Made by a program: the position numbers and the translations under genes. A DNA stretch of 64,000 nt from Lytechinus pictus (taxonomy: Eukaryota), in assembly GCF_037042905.1 (NCBI RefSeq), contig NC_087258.1, forward strand, positions 20,708,001-20,772,000. Direction: 5' to 3'. Shown here in pieces: positions 53,483 through 64,000 of this stretch; within the stretch, counting starts at the first letter, position 1; the number at the start of each line of letters is the position of its first letter. Below the pieces are notes generated by a model. It saw only the letters and a list, made by a program, of their open reading frames with translations, did not search any database and had not been told where the DNA came from.

Positions 53483-53511
53483 GTCAGGTTCAAAGGTAGC
53501 TGGGAATACCC
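53483..53511 (+). promoter_or_regulatory. Conserved upstream core / kappaB-like site (gene 5)
   Basis: Same motif; homology to the other copies stops immediately upstream of it. Confidence 0.5.
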
Positions 53512-53714
53512 GGTACTATTTACAGGAAGTTCGAATTGGGTGGTTTTTTTTTTTACTCTTGTAGTTGATTTGAATTGTATTGAACTACACATTAGCAATA
53601 ACATGAAGTGATCATTGTGTTGTAATGCGAACCTGACGTTTCAATACGTTAGTACTAACTTGACTTGTATGTTATTCGTTGGAAGTTAGATATCGTGTTT
53701 GTAAATTTATAGCG

Positions 53715-54356
53715 ATGGCTGAGAAGTGTGGATCAGAGAAAGCATCAAGCTCTTCACCGAACCTGATATGTCCATTATGCCTTGATATATTTGTCGAGGC
53801 GACAATCCTGACTTCATGTGGACACACATTTTGTAGGCGATGCCTCAAGAAATACGATCTAACCCACCAGGACCTTGATCACATGGTCTGTCCTCTCTGC
53901 AGGGAGATCCCCAAGTTGTCCGCCAACCGTGTCGATGATCTCCGCCTCAATGTCTCCATCAACGGATGCGTAGACGATTACCACGCCAAGTGTGGAGGGA
54001 TGAATGCTGTCCTTGAGATGTGCCAGAAATGGAAATGCACCGCTTGCAAGTCTCTGAAAGACGCTGTATCATTCTGCAGAACATGTAATTGTTATATGTG
54101 TGATGAGTGTCTGCATTGTCATCAACATCTTACACTGTTGTTTGGAGATCATAAGATCGTCTCCATGGATGATGTCATTAAAGGGAAGGTCAGCATTGGT
54201 CATTTATTCGAGAAGTGCTCCATCCACAAAACAGAGAACAAGGATATGGTTTGTGAGGATTGTAAGGTCCACGTCTGTCACAGGTGCGTACTTGTTGGTC
54301 ATAAAGCTCATGAAATCAAGGACCAGGTTGACTTTGAACAGGAGTTGCGACATAAG
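53715..54356 (+). CDS. TRIM-like gene 5, coding exon A
   Basis: ATG at 53715 aligns with the other paralogs (the ORF-track start at 53679 is a TTG artefact); donor AAG|GTAATT at 54357; 6-bp GAAATG duplication adds WK. Confidence 0.93.
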
Positions 54357-54815
54357 GTAATTATATTCATAATTATCACAGTAAAAACTGTTTAAAAATC
54401 CATATCGCTGTTTATTATTTGAACCTTACAGGAGTTGTTTAAAAGTTTAAACAACCAGACATAATTTTTATTGAGAATCAAATATCAAAAATCAAACTTT
54501 GCTGTTTAATAGTCTAAACACTTTAAAGTCTATTTAAACAAGGAATGTAAGGTTAAACAGCTTGTATAAAAAATAATTATTTTGAAAGCGTACACTCTTA
54601 AAAGTTTAGGATCAATTTTTAACCATCACTTGGCAACATACTATCCACACTACTATTGCTTAAATTTGTCGAAAGTGGGTAATACAAACTAATAATTGGG
54701 TAAATATAAAGTGTTCTGAATTGGATAATAATTGCCCAGAATATATACATGTACATATTTTTTACCAACATACATTACCCGAAACAGTGGACAGTATGTT
54801 GCCCAATATTTTGAG

Positions 54816-54959
54816 CAGGGGCCGCAAAAACGGGGGTGGGCTGGGGGCTACAGCCTTCCACTTTTTTCCCCAAACCGTGTACAAAAACGTAAAAATTACC
54901 ACATGATTGTGATTTTTTGCATGGTCAGCCCCCACTTTGAAACCCGTTCCGCGGCCCCG
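54816..54959. mobile_element. Short GC-ended MITE in the gene 5 intron
   Basis: CAGGGGCCGC ... GCGGCCCCG termini; absent from the homologous gene 2 intron (~18795-18805). Confidence 0.6.
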
Positions 54960-55575
54960 AGGGCGATCATTGATGTCGATGATGAAAACACCAATGATCA
55001 CACCAGTTTTTATAATGATTATGATGGTGATGACGATAACAATAATCACAATATTTTATACATATAAAGATATTAAGAACATTAACAGTAAAAATAAAAA
55101 TGTAATATTAATAATTATAAAATAATCATAATAATGATAATGATGATGCATAATAATAATAATAATAATGGTAATAATAATAACATGAATAATAATAGTT
55201 ATAATAATGACATAAAAATGAGAATATAGAAATATTGATTTATAATATATCAATAATAATAGATGGTGTTGAATACAGATTGGCAATGATACATAATTGT
55301 AATGCCATGATCTGTATTTAAAATGTTGTTACATTTAATTCGTTTCTTTATTCTTTATGTTGAACTCCACTGATAATTATTATCGTTATTGTTTCAATGT
55401 GACATACAATTTTGTAATTAAAATTATGTTGTCTCTCTTCAAGCTTATTCGGAATATCGTATGTCATTCTATATGATTTATTTTTGTTTTATAATATTAG
55501 TATTTGTTATTTTCACCTCTATGGGATATTTCCAGATCTTACTCGTTGTTTTTACTTATCACTTTCAATTCGTAG

Positions 55576-56835
55576 GTGTCAGACCTTGCTCAGAGATGTG
55601 CTGACGAGAAAGCAGAGCTGGAGAAGAACATTCAGAACATAGAAATACAACGTCATGAGGTACACACTGCAGTGCAGACACTACTAGATGATGCCAGGCA
55701 AGCCTACAGTATCAAGGCCAAGGAACTGGAAGAAAATCTTCGAAATCTTACCGAGCAAATACATGCCTTAGAACGTAGTTTTGATGACGACCTCAACGTC
55801 TTGAAGTCAAAAGATCGACAGAGAATCAAGAGTATTTGTAGTTCAATAACACTGGTAGATAATGACAGACTGGGTCATCTTGAGACAGACACTCTATCTG
55901 CTCATATCTTGCTCTGTGAGGAGCTGGATGCTATGCTGAAGGAGGTTACTGATCACACTTCTGCGGAAGCTATTAAGAAGAAAGCAAAGGGGAAGAGGTT
56001 CAAACCAGCAGACGATACTCGTCTTGACCTCGGGAGCATCTCAGGATCAGATCCCAAGATGGAAATCATTCAGTGTGTTGATCTACGGGGAATGATGCAA
56101 GGTATGGCACGGTACTCCCATAGCACTGTCGCTATCGGGTATGGGGATGATGATATTGATATCATTGATTCAAATGGCGGAAAGCAGCAGTATAGAAACA
56201 CACCCTTTAGTGACATGGATTGTTATGATCTGGTCTTGCAACGGGACGGGTCGTTATGCGTGTACACTGGTAATACAGAAGCCTACATCTACTCTCCCCT
56301 TGGCTCCAGGAAAGCAACAATCCATGTGAGAAACAATACTAATTATTATCTCAAAGTTAACAAAAGTCCATCAGATGAAATCATCATTACTAACTGTGGA
56401 AAACAAGTCTATATCTATGACCCGACAGGATCCACTCTGAAACACACTGTTAAAACAAAGCACAAGACGCATCAGGCATCTATCACCAGGACGGGTTTGA
56501 TCGTCACGAGTTCATGTTGGGTCAATCCAAGCGTGGTGACGGTCTATGACAGGGATGGGAATGCTGGTGAGTCTCTACAAGCTCCAGAGGATGTCTACCT
56601 GTATGCTGCCGTGGATGAGCAGGACAGGGTGTATGTAGCGAGTGTTGATTGTCAGCATAGGAAGGTGGTGATCAGACTCTATGATCTTGATGGTTTGAAC
56701 CTGAAGGAAAGAGTTGAGTTCAATGCACTTGATATGACATTGGGTTGGAGTTGGTGTTACTTGGTTTCCCTCTCCCCAGACATGCTCGCCTTTGCTTGTC
56801 ACAAGAAGTTATATTTCATCAAAGTATCACTGTAA
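55576..56835 (+). CDS. TRIM-like gene 5, coding exon B; spliced protein 633 aa
   Basis: Acceptor ttcgtAG|GTG; intact ORF. Confidence 0.92.
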   Translation: MSDLAQRCADEKAELEKNIQNIEIQRHEVHTAVQTLLDDARQAYSIKAKELEENLRNLTEQIHALERSFDDDLNVLKSKDRQRIKSICSSITLVDNDRLGHLETDTLSAHILLCEELDAMLKEVTDHTSAEAIKKKAKGKRFKPADDTRLDLGSISGSDPKMEIIQCVDLRGMMQGMARYSHSTVAIGYGDDDIDIIDSNGGKQQYRNTPFSDMDCYDLVLQRDGSLCVYTGNTEAYIYSPLGSRKATIHVRNNTNYYLKVNKSPSDEIIITNCGKQVYIYDPTGSTLKHTVKTKHKTHQASITRTGLIVTSSCWVNPSVVTVYDRDGNAGESLQAPEDVYLYAAVDEQDRVYVASVDCQHRKVVIRLYDLDGLNLKERVEFNALDMTLGWSWCYLVSLSPDMLAFACHKKLYFIKVSL

Positions 56836-59160
56836 TCCACGTTATATCACACCATGTAGTATGGAAACTGACGTGCTTTCACCCTGCTACAAATCTACTT
56901 TAACAGGTTTCGATATTCAATACTTCATGTATATTACTTACGATATGAAACCTTTTCCTAATGACAAAGTCAGTTAATGTGATACAGATACAATAAAAAT
57001 TTAATTCGTAGAAAAAAAAAGTATGTTTCGCAGCCAGAAGCTGGATAAAATATGAAAATTTTAGTATTTAATACGACAATATTCAAGTGATACAAGTGAT
57101 AAATAAAATGAAGCAATTAATGAAGTGTAAAAATTATACGTTACTTTGCACCAATTTTACGAGTTTTGAATATACCATTTAGTCTGCAACAAACAGGCCT
57201 ACCGTGCTTATTATTGTAATTATCATTTACTAACTTAAAGATAAAACTATAACTAAGTGTTTATTGAAAATATAATAAAGCAATTAGCAAATGTAATTTC
57301 AAATAAATCAAGATAATTACTATCATACTTACTAATGAAAATATTTACAGCGCATTAGGGGAATAAACGGAAAATAAGCAGAAAGACTACACTCTACACA
57401 GTATTAGACCATTTTGCTTTCACATCATGCGAAAGTTTCGTACCACCATACTCATGCCTATTCACTATTTGTATATCATTCAGTTAAATCATCGCGGATA
57501 ATGGAATGATAAGATGATTTCTTTCGGACCTTCCAGACGTTTCTTCCATTTTGTTTTTGATAATTATGTGATCTTCTCCAAGAGGGAAAGATATGCCAAC
57601 CGCTGATAACCAGTTATTAAAAAAAACCAAATATTTCCTGGTAAAAATGTCTCTTTTTGTTTAACAGTAGTCTTGAAAATATAAGGTTTTGATTTTCTTT
57701 GTTTTAGAATGTTTACGAGACATGTAAAGAATATTATTTTCTTATTCTTTTTTGTCATAAGTCCCTCTGAAAAGGAATGGAACCATTGCAATAGTAATTC
57801 GTATAAATTAGTGAACAGGTGGAGATATGAATATATAATTTATATTCATTTTCCAATATATATGCGTGTATAAATACAAACTTTATCTAAATTATTATAT
57901 ACATAATATTGCATATAGGAATGTATTGAATACGGTGTAAAGTATAATTAGAAAACTTGTATTATCGTTACATTAAGGTATAGAGGCTTTCTAAGAATTA
58001 TTTAGAGAAAATTCATACAGATATAGATTTCACTTTAATTTTAGATTAAGTTAACGATTGCTATTCAGCTCGTGTACTCAGTGTTCAATGCCCGATGTTC
58101 TTTCTCTACATTCAAGTATGATGATCGCTTCAAATCCCAGAATTTGACACCCTTTTAGCAGCTTTGAAAAAAATATTTTTTGAATCGTTATCCCGAATTT
58201 GTACCTAACAAATTTGTGTAAAAAATAACAAAACTAAACTGTCCCTAACTTCGAAATTCAAAATGGAAGTTTAATCAAATGAAAATTGATAATTGTAAAT
58301 ATTGATCTGGAAAATAAAAATAACAACTAGCTTTTTTAGTACAGCCCAAACGACGAAATTTTTTGATCATGAATACAGCCTTTAAAAAAAAAACGTTCTA
58401 AAAAAAAATTTACGCAATAATTCAAGAGACCAAGCTATCACGTTTAACGTAGACAATTCCTGGTCGATCTGTGGTTATTTTCCTTTAATAACATTTAAAT
58501 TTTATTTTAAATTTAATGTATAAATAAATTTTCTGGTGTAAATATCACGATTTATATTTTATAAATGTATGTTATCGAGTTACTGTTCTCTCAGAGGTTA
58601 GTCTATGAGATTCTCTTGTGTATAGTTATGACCTATGTTTAGAACGACTCTGCTTATCCAAAGGGGAAGAGTATTTTAAAAGTAAATTGACTACAAAATT
58701 TATAGTTTTATAATTTCGGTAAGGTTTGTATTATTTTATAATGTATTACAAGACACCATGAATGCATCACTATTAGTGATTATGCGTAGCTATTAGATGA
58801 ATTTATTTTGAATGTATAACCAGTGACATCAGGGCCCCGTAGTACAAATTTGAAAGAACAGTTCTGATTGGTTCTTATTCAGTCTAGTGAGCAAAATACG
58901 CATGCAACGACGATCTTGATAGGCTATTTCATTTAGCGATTAATCGCTAACCTTTGTGTTTAATATCTCGCCTAGTTAGTTCAACATGAAAAAAATAGCA
59001 AATGTGCTTCTTGTTTTGAAATGCACTTCTGGGGCCTGTTACACGAACCGTAACAACCATCTTAGATGAATATCTCTACGATTGATTGAATTGACTACAA
59101 TGTATAATCAATCATGAATACCAAGCATACGATCAATCGCTAACCTTTGTGTTACGGGAC
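56836..59160 (+). repeat. Near-identical paralog of the gene 2 3' flank (20643-22960)
   Basis: Colinear, with very few differences by eye. Confidence 0.9.
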
Positions 59161-60403
59161 CATTGTAGACTTATATACTGTATAAATAGGAATGGTATAT
59201 GTATCGATTATTATCAACTATATAATATAATGATATAGAAAATATCTTATCTCTTGATATGCTGAATGTGGAATCTTGTTTTATACTTAAATCAAGAATC
59301 ACCATTACAGATGAAGGGGGCCTCAAGCTGCAAATCATATTACATTATACAAAGGCTACATTTTGATATTCGATTGTTTTATTTTCTTAGGCCAATATAT
59401 ATTAGAGTACATTTAGCAAAGCAAAAGAGAAAACAAATAGAAACAAAACAGATATCCGATTATTTTATGAGATATAGATAGAAAACGAGGGAAAATTATT
59501 CCGAGAGGACAATCTAGAGTTTGCTAACTAAAAACGACCAATGTAAATTTGATTATAATCGAAGTAAATCGAGCACATAACTATTATTCCTTTTGAATTG
59601 AATCTATGGATTTCTCTTTTCATTAAAGCTTAAATATACTAAAATTTAATCGAGTCTGTTCAAACTTTGAGCCTGTTGAATACTAACTACTTAGAGCGCG
59701 TGCAAAAAGATGAGAGGCGGGGGGGGGGGGTAGTTGGTGAGAGAGAGAGGGAGAGAGACAGCGAAAGAGAAAGAAAGACAAAAGAAGAGAGACAGGAGAG
59801 AGAAAAACAGAGGGGGAGGGAGAGTGGAGTGAGTAGATTGGGAGGAAGAGAGACCAACAAATTGTATATGTAACAAAAAAGAGAGGAAAAATAAAAATTA
59901 GTCATCCGTTTAACACCATACATGCCATACATTGCCCATGTAATTCACTTCTATTCCGGACTATGTTTTCAATGAATTCCTATAGGCCTATTTACATGTA
60001 TAAATCATACAGGGGCGATGCCAGTGGGAGTGGTGCAAGGTAAACTAAAGGCAATCTGATTTCCCCTATCAGCGAATAACAGGTAATATATACGATTCAT
60101 ACCTCTCATTTTATACTATTTTTCTTTCTACCTCTTTTTGGTTCTGATATTCTCCCCTCACTACTTGCAAGCTAATTGGGGCGGTCGCCACTGCCCCCTG
60201 ATGCACCACCCCTACATTTTTATTTATAAAAGTAAATGATTTCAATTAAATTCAAATAAACATTCATTTTCTTCAATTTCAAAAGTTTTCTACATTGTCA
60301 ACGGTACCGAATATTTTAGAGGCTACAAAATGTATTTACATAATTTATGCTCATGGGCTATTAAACCTTTTGTAATTTATTAAATGCTGTTTAAGCTCTA
60401 GAT

Positions 60404-60489
60404 CAGGGGTTCTCAAACTTTTTCTTTGAAGGGCCAGATGAGACTCCAAGTAAACCTGAAAGGGCCAAGGTGAAGTGGATACAAAAAAA
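60404..60489. mobile_element. Truncated hAT-Charlie-like terminus
   Basis: CAGGGGTTCTCAAACT preceded by CTCTAGAT (NTCTAGAN-type target); cut off by the duplication junction. Confidence 0.6.
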
Positions 60490-63400
60490 ATGTGTCATGT
60501 ACATATATTTCATTTTTATAATGATTTTATTTATTAATGGGTAAAGGGGGCTTAAAGTAAATTATTCACACGCTTTGTTTATCACACGTTCATGGGTCAT
60601 GCTTATTTTGCTTTTAAATGCATACCCAAATACGTTTTATTCATTTATTCATGTACATGTATATTGTCACATTATTGCTCTCATTACTGTGATTAGACCT
60701 CTATAGGAAGAACAGCATCATTATGAATGACTCTGAATAACATTCACATTTGTAATTCTTCATGTACACTCTATATTATCTTGGTGTTATTCTGATAATA
60801 AACCCAACCCAACCAAACCAAACAATAATGTAGAAATACTCATCAATCCGATATTACCACTACAATAGCTACAGCTGCATAATTGATATCATAAAGTCAA
60901 GTGATTTTATCATTTGTTTAGGAGAAGAGAGACAGTGAGAGAGCTTGCTAACAAAACGATTGATCAGTATTCATGTAAATCGCATACTCACGAAGTTTGA
61001 ATTGATTCTATTGATATCAAGATTTCATTAAATTCTGAATGTAATCAAATTCAATTTAGTTTGTTCCACCTTTGTTCCATCTTTTCCATACGATCTCGTA
61101 TGTTTACGAAATAAAGAGAGAGAGAGAGAGAGAGAGTCCGAGAGGCAATCAGAGAGAAGGGGGAGAGAGAGGTATATAAAGAGGGGGGGGGGGGAGAGGG
61201 AGGGGGGGGGATGATCATTTTAAGCATTGTCTGACGTGTAGGAAAAGTTATTACACGTAACTATACGATTGTCAAAAATAAATCAACCGAAATAGAATTC
61301 CAAATATTTGGAGGGCATGTCCTATTGTGCCCCCACCCTTATTTATTTATCCATTTATTTATTTATTCATTCATTTAATTATTTATTTCATTTTATCGTA
61401 TTTTATTTTCACATTTTATTTTTTAATTATTATTATTATTTTTCTTTTTTTATGGGGGGGGGGGGGGTGGGTGGGGTGGGGGACTTGTCCCCTCCCCCTA
61501 TTTTGACCACCGTGCTAATTGAGGCGCGGCTCTATATGTAAATGGGTGTTTTGAGGCCCCACCCGAACCTTAAAAAAGACAATAATGAATATCGACAATA
61601 TACAGTGCGTATCCAAAAAAAGGGGGCAGATTTGAAAAGTCTATAAAATTTTTATTTCAAATCATGATGTCTATATTTTGGTGTTAATAGGTGTTCTAGG
61701 GCCTTATCTTTCAAATGCTATTAACAAAATGTAGTTTCGTTCATACTTGAGCAAACACGGAATGTTTTTGTCTGGGATTAAAATATAATGATACAAATGA
61801 TGATCGGATTTCCTTCTAATCAGCAGACTTCCTCTTATCATTTTCAATATCTTTGCCATAATTTTCGAATTATGCGGTCAAAATTCATTTTTAAATCTAA
61901 TTATTTGCTTGAATTGTTCTGTTTTTTCTTTTTGATTTGTTCTCTTTTAGCTTTGAATATTCCTTCTTCAAGCAAAAACAATTTTTTTTTAACGGAAGTA
62001 TGGGAGAGCGGGTATTTTATTTCAAATCTTGACCAAGAAAGAAAGTGGAAAGGAAATAAAAGGAGAGATAGAAAGTAAAATATGATATTATTTTCTGAAT
62101 ATTATGTCAAAATCTACCACATATTTGATATTGTAAAACAAATGTGGGAATATTTGCGCGCTCGCTTTGCTCGCTCATAACTTTTTAATACATTTTACCC
62201 GATGTACCATATCTAGCTCCTTCAAAACTGACTCAATGCACCAATGCCATTGAAATACATTAATCCCTTCCTGTTTGTCCTGTCGAGCATATAATTAAAC
62301 TTGGTCAAGGAATCAATAACCCCTTGAAAAATGGATTTCATGTCTTTTCAACGTACCATAACATAATTTGTTTTACTTAATAAAAAGGATTTGAATAATT
62401 ACAGGTTTTCCCAATTGATAATGCAAATCTCCTTGCTTGGGTTGACAAAAGTCTTCTTTTCTTACTCATGAAGGAAAATTAAAAGGTAAAAGAAGTTTAA
62501 ATGGAAAAAAAAAATATGATTCAAGTAAATAAATAAATATGTAAATAAAATTTGACAGCATAATTCTAAAATTATGGCACAGATAATGAAAATGTTAAGA
62601 GAAAGTCTGCTGATTAGCAAGACGTCTGATCATAATTTGTATTATTATTATATGCCATTTTGGCGCAAACCTCCTTTTTAATCCCAGACAAAAACATTCC
62701 GTGTTCGCCCAAGCAAGAAAAAAACATATTTTTTTTAATGGCATTTGAAAGATAAGACCCTAGAGCACCTATTAACACCAAAATATAGACATTTTAATTT
62801 GAAACAAAAATTGTGTAGACTTTTCAAATCTGTCCCGTTTTTTTATACGCACTGTATATGCATGTACACATATTGAGTAATGCAGTATCCCATTTATGTC
62901 TTCAAGTTCTCTAAGAATATGCAAATTTTAGAACACAGTCTAAATTCAGAATACATTCATGCACTATATCACAATGCTGGTAAAGTAAGCAAATGAATTT
63001 CCCCACGTTCAGTATAATTCCTTGATCTCCCAACCCCGTTTCCGATAAATTACAATACCTCTGTAAAAAAAAAAATGTTTTATTTTTATAGGAAGAACAA
63101 GACACATATAAAAGGCATTACCTCCTTCCTCTTAAAAACGTTTTTTTCCGGTTTTAACCTATTTTTGCGAACACGAATATACTTCAAAACGGCAACATTA
63201 ATTAAAGGGATTCTACCTACTGGTATTGAAAGAAAATTACTTTTATTGCGTCGCTACCTCGCTATAAGCTGGTTTTCCAAAATGAAATTATTGTTATCAA
63301 CCTAGTATTACCCAATTTAAACTCGGCATTAAAAACATATAAAAAGGGGGATGTTATTAAGTAAACAACCATTAAGCATCCTCAGCTGGCAAAAGAGCTA

Positions 63401-64000
63401 GCTCATAGATCACAACCTTTATAGAATAAATTGACCAAAAAAATCATCAACCATGAAGGGCGGCCAGAAGGGATGTCGACCTCTTCGAAGTAGTGGTGAT
63501 AAAAAGGGCCTCACTAGTTATCTTGACACATAAGGGAAACGTCCCGCCCAGCTGGGTCTGGAGGGCGGCCTGGAGAGATGTCGACCTCTTCGAACTAGAG
63601 ATGATAACAAGAAGCCTCTTCAGTCCTCTTGGCACATGGGGGAGACGTCCCTCCGAGCCGGGACTAGTCGGAGATGCATCAGACAGTGACAGGATATCCA
63701 CTAAGAGCTAATTGGAAAGGACCCTTTTAGGAAGTGAGGATGGGACCCGCAGGAGCAGCAGGATCAGAATTAAGGGTCGGGTCAGTATCAGATGAAAGGA
63801 AAGGTGACCCTTCCACCAAGGGGGGGGGGGGGGGGTCCAGACCAGTTATCACATTTACGTAAGTTGATTGCATCGGAGCCATTGATCACACCGGAGTCGG
63901 ACTGAGTGATGTCTTGGTATCCACGATGAAACACATCAGATGTCTGGGTATACGTCTGGGTCGGTGACAAGTTTGGATGTGGGGTATCTACACCATTACA
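60490..64000 (+). repeat. Near-identical segmental duplicate of 49451-52947 (region upstream of gene 5)
   Basis: Colinear with an offset of ~11.04 kb; differences are mostly homopolymer lengths. Confidence 0.95.
61603..62854. mobile_element. Same Tc1-like element, duplicated with the surrounding segment
   Basis: Near-identical to 50555-51805, including flanks. Confidence 0.85.

Noticed and set aside
511-56835. Assigning a vertebrate symbol (TRIM56, TRIM71, TRIM2/3)
   Set aside because: The architecture is similar (no filamin domain seen), but orthology cannot be established by eye; likely a lineage-specific expansion.

Overview
AT-rich animal genomic DNA with N-gaps; the repeat content suggests a sea urchin or other echinoderm (inference). 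The window holds a head-to-tail array of five intact, two-coding-exon TRIM E3-ligase-like genes on the + strand, with ATGs at 511, 17704, 27336, 38329 and 53715. Exon A encodes a C3HC4 RING plus B-box1 and B-box2. A phase-0 GT-AG intron follows. Exon B encodes a coiled coil and a predicted six-bladed NHL-like beta-propeller; the proteins are 628-663 aa. The paralogs are near-identical except for about 12 short hypervariable loops, roughly two per propeller blade, whose variants are shuffled between copies. This looks like a diversifying intracellular recognition (immune-type) receptor family. All five share a short upstream core containing a kappaB-like GGGAATACCC motif. The last 3.5 kb repeats the region upstream of gene 5, predicting a sixth copy just beyond the window. 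Introns and intergenic DNA carry tRNA-derived SINEs, HINE/DINE-1-like elements rich in nuclear-receptor half-sites, Kolobok-, hAT- and Tc1-like MITEs, LINE fragments, and micro/minisatellites.
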